A stretch of 64,000 bases of DNA. Origin: Pseudonocardiaceae bacterium. GTDB taxonomy: Bacteria; Actinomycetota; Actinomycetes; Mycobacteriales; Pseudonocardiaceae. Shown piece by piece: positions 53,963-62,792 of the stretch. Position 1 is the first letter of the stretch. Every line of letters starts with the position of its first letter. The position numbers and the translations under genes were made by a program. The stretch lies in NCBI GenBank assembly GCA_036491115.1, contig DASXCQ010000089.1:12858-76857 (forward strand). Direction: 5' to 3'. Below the pieces are notes generated by a model. The model did no database searches, was not told the DNA's origin, and saw only the letters and a program-made list of their open reading frames with translations.

Positions 53963-55132
53963 GTGTCCTTGCTCGCCGAGTTGGCCGGTCTGGCGTGGGA
54001 CGGCCGGTTCACCACCGCCGATCACGCGCTGGCCGAGGTGGCCGACGACTTCGGGCACATCGTGCGCCGGCGGCCGATCGGCGTGCTGCGTCCCGGTTCC
54101 GTGGACGACGTCGACACGCTGCTGCGGGCCGCCGAGGACGTTCCGGTGGTCGCGCGCGGACGCGGACACAGCACCTACGGGCAGGCGCAGACCGACGGGA
54201 TCGTGCTGGACATGGGCGGTCTGGCCGGCGTCGGTCCGGTGGCCGGCGACCGGATCACCGTGCAGGCGGGCGCGGACTGGCGGTCGGTGCTCACCGCGAC
54301 CCTGCGCCACGGCCTCACCCCGCCGGTCCTGACCGACTACCTGGGCCTGTCCGTCGGCGGGACCTTGTCGGTGGGTGGCATCGGCGGCACGTCACACCGC
54401 TACGGCGCCCAGACCGACCAGGTCACCCACCTCGACGTCGCCACGCCGGAGGGCCACCACCGCTGCACGCCGGACGACGACCTGTTCCACGCCGTTCTGG
54501 CCGGCCAGGGCCGGCACGGCGTCATCACCGCGGCCACCGTCCGGCTGATCCCGGCGCCGGCCACCGTGCGCCGCCACCAGCTGCACTACTCCGGCCTGGA
54601 CGCCCTGCTCGCCGGCCAGCACGCGCTCCTGGACCGCGTCGACTTCCTGCAGGCCGACGTGCTGCCCGGGGAGACCGGCTGGCAGTACGTCCTGGACGTC
54701 GTCGCCGAGCGGCTGCCCGCCACCCACCACACGTCCGACGACGCGGAAACGCTGCCGTACCTGGACTTCGCCGACCGCCTCGCCGACGGCGAGGCCTACC
54801 TGCGGGCCACCGGCGAGTGGTTGCACCCGCACCCGTGGTGGACGGCGTTCCTGCCGGCCGCCACCGCGAACGCCTTCCTCGACCGGCTCGTCGCCGAACT
54901 CACCCCGGCGGACATCGGCCCCAGCGGCCTGATGCTCACCTACCCCATCCCCACCGCCGTACTGACCACCCGCCAACTGGAGGTCCCGGCAGGCGACCTG
55001 GCGGTACACGTCAGCGTCCTGCGGACCAACACGCCCGACACGGTCCCGGCGGCCCTGGCCACCAATCAGACCTGGCACGATCGGGCGGTCGCCGAGGGCG
55101 GCACGATCTATCCGATCGGGACCACCGGCTGA
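53963..55132 (+). CDS. FAD-binding oxidoreductase, cytokinin-dehydrogenase-like (FAD_binding_4)
   Basis: VVARGRGHSTYGQAQ and LSVGGTLSVGGIGGTSHRYG. Confidence 0.8.
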   Translation: MSLLAELAGLAWDGRFTTADHALAEVADDFGHIVRRRPIGVLRPGSVDDVDTLLRAAEDVPVVARGRGHSTYGQAQTDGIVLDMGGLAGVGPVAGDRITVQAGADWRSVLTATLRHGLTPPVLTDYLGLSVGGTLSVGGIGGTSHRYGAQTDQVTHLDVATPEGHHRCTPDDDLFHAVLAGQGRHGVITAATVRLIPAPATVRRHQLHYSGLDALLAGQHALLDRVDFLQADVLPGETGWQYVLDVVAERLPATHHTSDDAETLPYLDFADRLADGEAYLRATGEWLHPHPWWTAFLPAATANAFLDRLVAELTPADIGPSGLMLTYPIPTAVLTTRQLEVPAGDLAVHVSVLRTNTPDTVPAALATNQTWHDRAVAEGGTIYPIGTTG

Positions 55133-55217
55133 TGGTCATCGTCGACGATCCTGATCGGTGAGCAATCCGGGAGCCTTCCGGTGCCGAACCTGCTTCGACC
55201 CGGGATGGAAGGGCCTG

Positions 55218-55807
55218 ATGAACCACTCGGCGTGGCCTGCGCCCCGGGGCACCGGGCCGAGCGACGACCGGACCCCGGAACAGCTGCTCGAACAGGTGGC
55301 CAGGGGCAGTGAGGCCGCGTTCGAGCGGCTCTACGCCGTGGTGTCCGGACCGGTGTTCGGCATGGTCCGGCAAGGTGGTGCGGGACGTGGCGCAGTCGGA
55401 GGAGGTCACTCAGGAGGTTCTGGTGGAGCTGTGGCGGACCGCCGCCCGCTACGACCCGGCCAAGGGCAGCGCCATGACCTGGACGCTGGCGCACCGCAGG
55501 GCGGTGGACCGGTCCGGTCGGCCCAGGCCCGCGCCGACCGCGAGCAGCGGGTCAGCGCCGCGTCCATGCAGCGCGACTACGACCAGGTCACCGAGGCCGT
55601 CACGGCGAAGCTGGAGCGGGCGCAGATCCTGCGCTGCCTGTCGTCGCTGACCGAACTGCAGCGCGAGTCGGTGCTGCTGGCCCCTACTACGGCGGCCGGA
55701 CCTACCCCGAGGTCGCCCAGTTCCTGCGCACGCCGCTGGGCACCATCAAGACCCGGCTGCGGGACGGGCTGATCCGGCTGCGCGACTGCCTGGGGGTGAC
55801 CCGGTGA
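55218..55807 (+). pseudogene. SigK-like ECF sigma factor disrupted by three frameshifts
   Basis: The family sequence is spread over three frames. It reads EQLLEQVARGSEAAFERLYAVVSGPVFGMVR, then [47 protein letters not shown], then [12 protein letters not shown]...[12 protein letters not shown], then [37 protein letters not shown]. Shifts lie near 55365-55375, 55505-55520 and 55678-55690. Confidence 0.75.
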
Positions 55808-56299
55808 GCTCTGACGTGCACACGCTGCCTGACCGCGGCGACCGCGGCGGTGGCGCTCGCGGCCGCGGTGGCGTTCGGCTCGATCGCCGTCCACACCGGA
55901 CACCAGCTCGATGCGGCACAGCGCGAACTGAACAGCGCCTGCGCCGCCTACACGCCGGTCGCCCAGGTCCTCGCCGAGCCGGACGCCCAGGTGGGCACGG
56001 CGACCAGCGGCAGCGGCGGGCGGGGCCTGCTGATCAGCTCGCGGTCGCTCGACCGGGCCGTGCTGGTGGTGGCCGGCATGCCGGCCGCGCCGAACGGGCG
56101 GGTCTACCAGGCATGGCTGCTGGGCAACGGGAATCCGCGCTCTGTCGGCCTGCTGACCGCGGGGCCGAACGCGGCCGTCCCACCGTTGGCGATGCCCGCC
56201 CTGACTGCCGGGACAGAGGTCGGCGTGACGGTGGAACCGGCCGGTGGCTCGGCACAGCCCACCAGCAGCCCGATCATGCTGGTCGGCCTGCCGGCCTGA
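55804..56299 (+). pseudogene. RskA-like anti-sigma-K factor remnant: start codon and C-terminal domain retained, N-terminal anti-sigma/zinc-finger region lost
   Basis: GTGA overlap with the sigma stop. It reads VSSDVHTL, then goes out of frame. ORF 55850..56299 carries the TM helix ALAAAVAFGSIAV and RVYQAWLLGNGNPRSVGLL...VGVTVEPAGGS. Confidence 0.6.
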
Positions 56300-56303
56300 C
56301 CGG

Positions 56304-56782
56304 TCAGCGCGGTTTGACCAGGCCGAACTGCCACGTGGTCAGGTAGTTGCCGCGGAAACCGGCCTCGGAGTACGCCAGGTAGGCCAGCACCCGCCGGGCG
56401 TGCCGGGTGGAACCGGGTCACCTCGGCGAGCATGCGGACGTGGGCCGGCCGGACAGATTGCCCCGCTGGGCAGCCCGGCCGGCCCACGCGCACCCGCGTA
56501 CTCCAATCCACACCCCTCGCAGCGCACGCTCATCGACATCTCGGGGTCCTGGGCCGGCGCACCGAGATCGCCGAACAAGCGCAGCAGATTGGGATACGTG
56601 TGTGCGTTGTGGACGATGAACCCGCTGTCCACGCCGATGGTCCGGCCGTCCGCGATGCGCACGTCGTGCGTGTGCGCATGGCCGCCGAGCCGGTCGTCGG
56701 CTTCGAACAGGACCACCTCGTGCCGTCTGGCCAGCAGGTATCCGGCGGTGAGCCCGGCAACGCCGGCCCCGACCACCGCCAC
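56304..56782 (-). pseudogene. 5' remnant (about 160 codons, two frameshifts) of a COG2907-type NAD/FAD-binding oxidoreductase
   Basis: VAVVGAGVAGLTAGYLLARRHEVVLFEADDRLGGHAHTH...GFIVHNAHTYPNLLRLF. It continues as SVRPAHVRMLAEVTRFH and then HARRVLAYLAYSEAGFRGNYL in other frames. It ends about 260 codons short of normal length for the family. Confidence 0.6.
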
Positions 56783-56892
56783 TCGTTCCCGCCATATCTG
56801 AGCGACCGGCGTGACGCTGTCGCTTCCAGTCCGAACCGGACAGTTCCGGTTCGGTGCTGGACACCGGACTGTGGCGGTACACCCGCATCCCC

Positions 56893-57371
56893 ACTCTCGC
56901 CACGGCGCTGGAGAACCAGGCCATCGGCGCCTATACGGCGGCACTACAGGCCGCGACGGCGGGCAAGTTGGGCGCGGTCCCGCCCGCTGTGGGCACGTTC
57001 GCCAAGACCGCGATGAGCCAGCACGCCGACCGTGCCAAGGCGTGGAACGCGGTCCTGGCGTCGGCGGGCAAGAAGCCGATCACCGAGGTGCCGCTGTCCG
57101 GTCAGCCGGCGGTGATGCGGGCCCTCGGTGGGGTCACGTCGGTCGGCGGCGTGGCGAAACTGGCACTCCAGTTGGAGAACCAGGCCGCGCAGACCTACCT
57201 GTCGCCGAGTTCAACGTCACCGGTTCGGGTGGTATCTCGACGGCGGCCAGCATCGCGCCCGTCGAGGCGATGCATGCCACGATCCTGCGGTTCGTGCTCG
57301 GCGAATACCCCGCGCCGGACAACTTCCTGGCCACCACCATGGCGGCGAATACCAGCCAGCTCACGGTCTGA
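56893..57371 (+). pseudogene. Ferritin-like-domain protein remnant: N-terminus missing, frameshift near 57200
   Basis: TLATALENQAIGAYTAALQ...MSQHADRAKAWNAVL...LALQLENQAAQTYL, then VAEFNVTGSGGISTAASIAPVEAMHATILRFVLGEYPAPDNF in another frame. Confidence 0.55.
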
Positions 57372-57459
57372 GTCGTACGCTGCGAACCAGGTCCGGGTGG
57401 GGTCGGTGGCTCCCCCTTGTCCCGGCTCCGCCCGGACCATCCACTTGGGAGAGACGACC

Positions 57460-57597
57460 ATGCGCCGACCGATCGGCCTGCTCGCCGGCCTGCTGTGCCT
57501 GGCGACTGTCGCGGTGGCCTGCGGCTCGCCGGCACCGAGCACGCCGGCACCCGCCACCAACGCACCGAACACCGTGACCATCAAGAATTTCATGTTC
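57460..57597 (+). pseudogene. 5' fragment (46 codons) of a cupredoxin-type lipoprotein gene
   Basis: GGGAGAG SD, then MRRPIGLLAGLLCLATVAVACGSPAPSTPAPATNAPNTVTIKNFMF. The sequence then becomes the antisense of the hypF fragment. Confidence 0.45.
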
Positions 57598-57599
57598 AT

Positions 57600-57950
57600 C
57601 TGGTCGAGCAGCTCCCGCAGGCAGTCGGCGCAGGTGGCGTTGTCCGCCGACACCAGCACCCGCCGGGCGCCGCCCGGCGCGCCGGCCGCGATGGTGAATC
57701 CGGCGGTGCCGGTCGGCGCGTGCTCGGTGACGGTGACCCGTTCGATGTCGGCCAGCGGCGGCGCGTCCCGCCGCAACGCGACGAGAAACTCGGCCACCGC
57801 GTCGGCACCGCCCTCGACCTGGACGAACACCCCGGCCACGTCGTTGCCGGCCAGCCCGAGCCGGGTCGCCAGGTCGTGCACGAACGGCCGGAAGCCGACC
57901 CCCTGCACGATGCCGTCGACGTGGATCTCGCGGCGCACCAGTCCGCCCAT
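57600..57950 (-). pseudogene. hypF: 5' fragment (about 117 codons) of carbamoyltransferase HypF: acylphosphatase domain plus first CxxC
   Basis: VRREIHVDGIVQGVGFRPFVHDLATRLGL...VFVQVEGGADAVAEFLVAL...SADNATCADCLRELLD. Full-length HypF is about 750 aa; the remainder is absent. Confidence 0.7.
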
Positions 57951-58049
57951 GTCCCGACTCTGCCACGGAACCCGGTCGTCGGCGCGAGGTACAGGTCGAC
58001 GCGGGCCCGGGTCATGGGCCGTCGGCTCGTCCCGGTCGGCTGGCAGTGG

Positions 58050-58817
58050 TCAGCTCAGTCGAGCCTGGGCGTAGGCGGCCATGGCGTCGCGCACGTACTC
58101 GGCCAGGCGCGGATGCTGCGCATCCAGGTGCGTCCTCAGCTCGGGGGTGTCGACGAAGGCTTGACCGAGTTGGGCGTAGGTGTCGCGGTTGGGGGTCCAG
58201 AACCGGCTCTGCCCGGCGAAGTCGTCATCGAGGACGGCGAAGACTCGTGGGTCGTCAGCGGCGGCATCGTCCTGCATGAGTGCCAGCAACCGTCGTTCCA
58301 CGTCGGTTGCTTCCTGTTGTGCGGCCTGGTAGTTCTGCGTGCTCCAGTTCTGGGTGCGTCGCTTGATTTCGTCGAAGTACGGCCTGGCGTCGTCTCCCGC
58401 GCGTTCGACGGCGATGACTTCCAGGCGGGTCAGAGTTTCCTTGTCGAAAGTGAATCCGTCGAACAGTTCTTCGGCGGGCATGGTGGTTCCTCCTTCGAGT
58501 TGGGCAATGGTGCGGGCCACGGTGTGCACCAGTCTGTCCACTCGGTCCCGTTCGTCGAGCAGCCACCGATGATGGCGGTGGAGTGCGTCGAGTTGGTCGT
58601 GCTGGCCGTCGAGGATCTGCGCGATCGTGCCGAGAGCGACGCCGAGCTCACGCAACAGCAGGATGTGTTGGAGGCGCAGTAGTTGCTCCCGCTCGTAGTA
58701 GCGGTAGCCGTTCATGCCGATCCGAGCCGGCGGCAACAGTCCGATTTCGTCGTAGTGACGCAGGGTGCGTGAGGTGACGTGCGCCATGCGAGCCACTTCC
58801 GCGATCGACCAGCTCAT
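58050..58817 (-). CDS. MerR-family regulator with TipAS-like antibiotic-recognition domain
   Basis: MSWSIAEVARMAHVTSRTLRHYDEIGLLPP...GYRYYEREQLLRLQHILLLRELG. C-terminus DFAGQSRFWTPNRDTYAQLG. GC3 is reduced. Confidence 0.85.
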   Translation of the reverse strand: MSWSIAEVARMAHVTSRTLRHYDEIGLLPPARIGMNGYRYYEREQLLRLQHILLLRELGVALGTIAQILDGQHDQLDALHRHHRWLLDERDRVDRLVHTVARTIAQLEGGTTMPAEELFDGFTFDKETLTRLEVIAVERAGDDARPYFDEIKRRTQNWSTQNYQAAQQEATDVERRLLALMQDDAAADDPRVFAVLDDDFAGQSRFWTPNRDTYAQLGQAFVDTPELRTHLDAQHPRLAEYVRDAMAAYAQARLS

Positions 58818-58917
58818 CGTGGGTCGTGCTCCGGTTCTCCGGGATCCTGGACCAGGGATCCGGCCCACGTGTCACGGTAGAAGTTGCCGCAACGACAAGG
58901 TCAAGTCAGTGACGTGG

Positions 58918-59658
58918 TCAGCCTCGCCCGAGCAACGGCATCCCGTTGGCCATCACCGTCACGAACGGGACGTTGACGTCGGCGGGCAGGTTCGCGATGT
59001 GCAGCACCGTCGCCGCGACCGCCGCCACGTCCATCACCGGTTCCGCCGCGATCGACCCGTCGGCCTGGGGCATGCCCCTGGGCATGGGGTCGGTCATCGC
59101 GGTGGCGGCGTTGCCGATGTCGATCTGGCCGCAGGTGATGCCGACGGACCTGCCCTCCAGCGACAGGGCCTTGGTCAGACCGGTCATGGCGTGCTTCGTG
59201 GCCGTGTAGGCGACCGCGTACGGACGCGGCACGTGCGCGGATACCGACCCGTTGTTGATGATCCGGCCGCCCCGCGGCCTCTGCCGGCGCATCATCGCGA
59301 ACGCCGCCCTGGCACACCGGAACGCGCCGGAGAGATTCGTGGCGACGACGTCGTCCCAGTCCTCGTCGGACACCTCGTCCACCGGGCCACCCCGGCCGAA
59401 CACCCCCGCGTTGTTGAACAGCAGGTCCAGCCGACCGAAATCGGCCTCGACCCGGCCGAACAACGCGGCCACCGACGCCGGGTCGCGCACGTCGGCCGCG
59501 AGCGCGGTGGCGCCGTCGCCAGCGACGTCGGCCAGCTTCGCCCTGTCGCGTCCGGCCAGCACGACCCGCCAGCCATCGGCGAGCAGGGCCAGCGCGCTCG
59601 CCCTGCCGATGCCCGTACCCGCGCCGGTGACCACCGCGATCCGACCGGACCCACTCAC
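58918..59658 (-). CDS. SDR-family oxidoreductase
   Basis: VVTGAGTGIGRA, NNAGV and YTATKHA (YxxxK). Confidence 0.85.
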   Translation of the reverse strand: MSGSGRIAVVTGAGTGIGRASALALLADGWRVVLAGRDRAKLADVAGDGATALAADVRDPASVAALFGRVEADFGRLDLLFNNAGVFGRGGPVDEVSDEDWDDVVATNLSGAFRCARAAFAMMRRQRPRGGRIINNGSVSAHVPRPYAVAYTATKHAMTGLTKALSLEGRSVGITCGQIDIGNAATAMTDPMPRGMPQADGSIAAEPVMDVAAVAATVLHIANLPADVNVPFVTVMANGMPLLGRG

Positions 59659-60014
59659 GCAGGCCGGGCCGCTTCGTGCAGTTCGATGGAGTTGCCGGAC
59701 GGATCGGCCAGGAACGCCTGCCGGGCGGCGCCGATCGGCACCGCGTCACTCACCGGCACACCGGCCGCACGCAGTTCGGCTGTGGTGTGGTCCAGGTCGT
59801 CGACGAGCACGGCGAAGTGCTGGCCGAGCGCCTGCGGGGTGGTCGAGACGATCAGATGCAGTTGCTGGCCGCCGACGTCCAGCCACGCACCGTCACCGAG
59901 CGTAACGGGCCGGTCCTGGCGCTGGGTCATGCCCAGCACCCTGGTGTAGAAGTTCAGGGCGGCGTCCAGGTCGGTCACCGCGATCGAGACGTGGTGGACG
60001 GCAAGGGGTTTCAT
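59655..60014 (-). CDS. VOC-family (glyoxalase/bleomycin-resistance) protein
   Basis: HHVSIAVTDLDAALNFYTRVLG...DPSGNSIELHE. GTGA overlap with the downstream SDR start. Confidence 0.8.
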   Translation of the reverse strand: MKPLAVHHVSIAVTDLDAALNFYTRVLGMTQRQDRPVTLGDGAWLDVGGQQLHLIVSTTPQALGQHFAVLVDDLDHTTAELRAAGVPVSDAVPIGAARQAFLADPSGNSIELHEAARPA

Positions 60015-60191
60015 CGGTCACCTCCGCTCAGAGGCCAGCCCACCACGAACAGTGGCGGGGCACAAGGCAGGACGTCGCGGTGTCGTAGCGGGCGTGGCCA
60101 TCCGAGGTCGGGTGGTGGCGCGTCGCCGATGAGCGATTGCCGGTGGCGCAGGCCGCTGACGGTCACTCCGGCGCGGTCAGCGCGACATATC

Positions 60192-61376
60192 ATGTGGCCG
60201 GGGGGACCAGCGATGATCTCAGGCTCGGGGCTTGTCGGCTCGGCCGGATGGGATGGACCGGTCCCTGCCGGACCCGACCAGCTCACTCCGGCGATGCTCA
60301 CCGCTGCGCTGCGGCCGGTGCTGATGCCGGCTGGCGCGCGGGTCACCTCCGTTTCCTGGGAACGGATCGGCCAGGACTTCGGGTTCACCGGTGTGACCAC
60401 GCGGTTGCGCGTGGACTACGAACCCGGGCTGGCCGGCCCGGCGACTGTGGTGGCGAAGTTCCCGCTCGGCGGTGGCGAGGACTCCGCCTACCGCCGGACG
60501 CAGCGGGAGTCACCGGAGACCGCCCGAATCGTCGCGGAACGAGCCGTGCGGGAGGCGTGGTTCTACCGTGTGCTCGCACCGCGGTTGCCGACCCCGGCGC
60601 CACGCTGCTGGGCCAGTGGCACGGACGTCGAGCGATCACGGTTGGTGTTGCTGCTGGAGGACATCGCCGGCGCCCGCGGTGGTGACGCACTCGGTGGCTG
60701 CCCGCCCGAGGATGTCCAGGCGGTGCTCGCGGCGATCGCTCCCGTGCACGCCGGCTGGTGGGCACGACCGGATCAGCTCGCCGCCCTGCCCAACTGGACA
60801 GGTGACCGGGCGGCGGGTGAACGCAGACAGAGGCGGTATCGGGAGCGGTGGGCGGTCCTGGCTGAGCAGCACGGCCTGCGCCTGGATGCGCGGCTGCGTC
60901 GCATGGCGGCTCGGCTGGGCGACAGTTTGGCTGATGTGTTGGATCGTCTGGGCGCCGCACCGCAGGCCGTGGTGCACGCGGATCTGCATCTGGACAACGT
61001 GCTGTTCACTCCCGACCAGCACCGGGCGGTGGTGGTGCTGGACTGGCAGACCGTGTGTCGGGGTCCGGCTGCGGTGGACCTCGCCCGCGCCATCGTCACA
61101 TCCCTGCAACCGGACGATCGGCGTGAGCATGAGGACCGACTGGTGGCCGGCTATCACCGTGCGATGCGGACGCTGGGCGTCGGCGAACGGGACCCGGCCG
61201 AGGCCCACGGCGAGTACGTGCTGGCGCTGATCGTGTACTTCGCCGGTGTCGTCGGTTGGACCGCCCGCGGCGACACGTCCATGACCGGTCGGGAAGCGGC
61301 GTTGCGTGACGCTGCACTGGGCGACGGGCGGCTCGTGTCCGCGTTGCTTGATCACGACGCGGACGCCGAGGTCTGA
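60192..61376 (+). CDS. Phosphotransferase (APH/EcKL-like kinase) family protein (alternative ATG at 60213)
   Basis: VVHADLHLDNVLF (catalytic HxDxxxxN) and VVLDWQTV (DxD-type Mg site). Confidence 0.8.
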   Translation: MWPGGPAMISGSGLVGSAGWDGPVPAGPDQLTPAMLTAALRPVLMPAGARVTSVSWERIGQDFGFTGVTTRLRVDYEPGLAGPATVVAKFPLGGGEDSAYRRTQRESPETARIVAERAVREAWFYRVLAPRLPTPAPRCWASGTDVERSRLVLLLEDIAGARGGDALGGCPPEDVQAVLAAIAPVHAGWWARPDQLAALPNWTGDRAAGERRQRRYRERWAVLAEQHGLRLDARLRRMAARLGDSLADVLDRLGAAPQAVVHADLHLDNVLFTPDQHRAVVVLDWQTVCRGPAAVDLARAIVTSLQPDDRREHEDRLVAGYHRAMRTLGVGERDPAEAHGEYVLALIVYFAGVVGWTARGDTSMTGREAALRDAALGDGRLVSALLDHDADAEV

Positions 61377-61644
61377 GTGCGGTCTCGTGGCTGTTGTTGT
61401 GGTTGTGGCTGTTGGGTTGTCGTGTCAGTCGATGAGGAGGATGTTGTGCAGCATGGCGAGGCCGCCCTCGCCGCGGTGGATGAGGATCACCGGCTCGCCC
61501 GAGGCAGGGCCCGACGTCACGCAGGCGATCTCGACGCCGTCTCCGGTGATCGTCACCGCCTTTGCCCTGTCCGTCACCATTACCGGTCCGCTGGCGTGGT
61601 CGTGCCCACGATGCGCCGGGTACGCGCGTTGATCGACTCCCAGC

Positions 61645-61884
61645 GCTCGGCAGGAGAAGCTCGCTGGTGTCGTCGATGCTGTCTTGCGCGGAGTCGACAT
61701 AGGGACGCTGGCGGGTCTCGTAGCGCTGGACGGCGACGGTGTGGTCGCCGCCCGCCCGGTCGAGTTCCTCGGCGAGGAACCAGGCGCCGGTGAGTGCGAG
61801 CGAGGTCCCGCGACCGGACAGCAGCGTGGCGCAGGACGCGGCGTCGCCGACGAGGGCGACCCGGCCGCGGTGCCAGCGGGACAT
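61645..61884 (-). pseudogene. C-terminal fragment of an FAD-dependent aromatic-ring-type monooxygenase
   Basis: MSRWHRGRVALVGDAASCATLLSGRGTSLALTGAWFLAEELDRAGGDHTVAVQRYETRQRPYV. No N-terminal FAD domain is present upstream. Confidence 0.55.
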
Positions 61885-61886
61885 GC

Positions 61887-62285
61887 GCGGTTGGCGCCGT
61901 TGTTCGGCGCGCCCGGTGCGCCGTAGGTGTAGGTGACGTCGTTGCCGGTGAACGTCGGGTAGCGGATGTCGGCGATGCGGTTGAAGTCGCAGTCGTACTG
62001 GATCGACTTGCTCTCGGCGTGCAGCGTGGCCGTGATCTTGGCCACGACGTCGCTGGCCAGGTCGTAGTCGGTTTCGGTGCGGCCGCTGTCCGGGCTGTCC
62101 ACGACGGTGCGGCGGCCCAGGTTGTCGTAGGCGGATGTCGTCGTGTTGCCGTGGTCGTCGACCACGGACGTCAACTGGCCCAGCGCGTCGTAGCCGTAGC
62201 TGGTCCAGATCACCGACTGGTTGGCGGCCGGGTCGAACTCCTGGACCGACGTGGTCAGCCTGCGGACGTCGGCAAAGGTGTTGCG
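61887..62285 (-). pseudogene. Internal fragment (about 130 codons) of an Rhs/YD-repeat protein
   Basis: WTSYGYDALGQLTSVVDDHGNTTTSAYDNLGRRTVVDSPDSGRTETDYD...VTYTYGAPGAPNNGANR. It abuts the monooxygenase fragment. Confidence 0.65.
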
Positions 62286-62792
62286 GTGCCGGAGTGATGA
62301 ACCGAAACGCGGACCGGGTGACCATGGCCTGCCCCTCCCTCGTCGGATGGCTGGCCATGCCATCGAGCCACTCAGGCGACGCGTTAGCCGGCTTGATGCC
62401 TCATCACCCGTATGCGACGGCGTTCCCGTCAATTGACGCCGGACGGCCGACGATCAACCAACAAATCGCTGCAGCGAATGGTCGGACTTGGTGGCATGGA
62501 ACCAGTTCGATCCGCGCGCAGCATCATGCCTTCGCGTGACCAGAAACTGGATGTGACCACATATAGGTTAGCCCGGGCCGGGGAATGACCCTCCGTGCGA
62601 GAACGGCCCCGTCCGGCGATCATCTCCGCCGGCTCGGTGTCCGTGTGTTGTTCCCGGCATAGGCCGAGAATCCCATCGTTGTGCAGCGCGTTGGGCACCA
62701 GAAAGGTGGAAAATAACGCGCGCGTGCCGTATCTGGTGCGCAGACGTGCAGAATACAATGGCCCCATCGGGCGGCGGAGTGGTGATCCTGGT

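Noticed and set aside
56854-58074. 406-aa ORF treated as a single gene
   Set aside because: It is a chimera. It contains a ferritin-like fragment, an out-of-frame stretch, a lipoprotein/cupredoxin 5' fragment, and then the antisense of the HypF fragment.
61425-61580. 51-codon alpha/beta-hydrolase-like N-terminal fragment as a separate feature
   Set aside because: The similarity rests on about 30 residues (GDGVEIACVTSGPASGEPVILIH) and is too weak for a feature call. It is mentioned only within the mosaic finding.
62429-62767. 112-aa minus-strand ORF downstream of the sulfotransferase
   Set aside because: It has no SD and no recognisable motifs, and its composition is mixed in a lower-GC spacer. 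It could be a gene remnant but I cannot support it.
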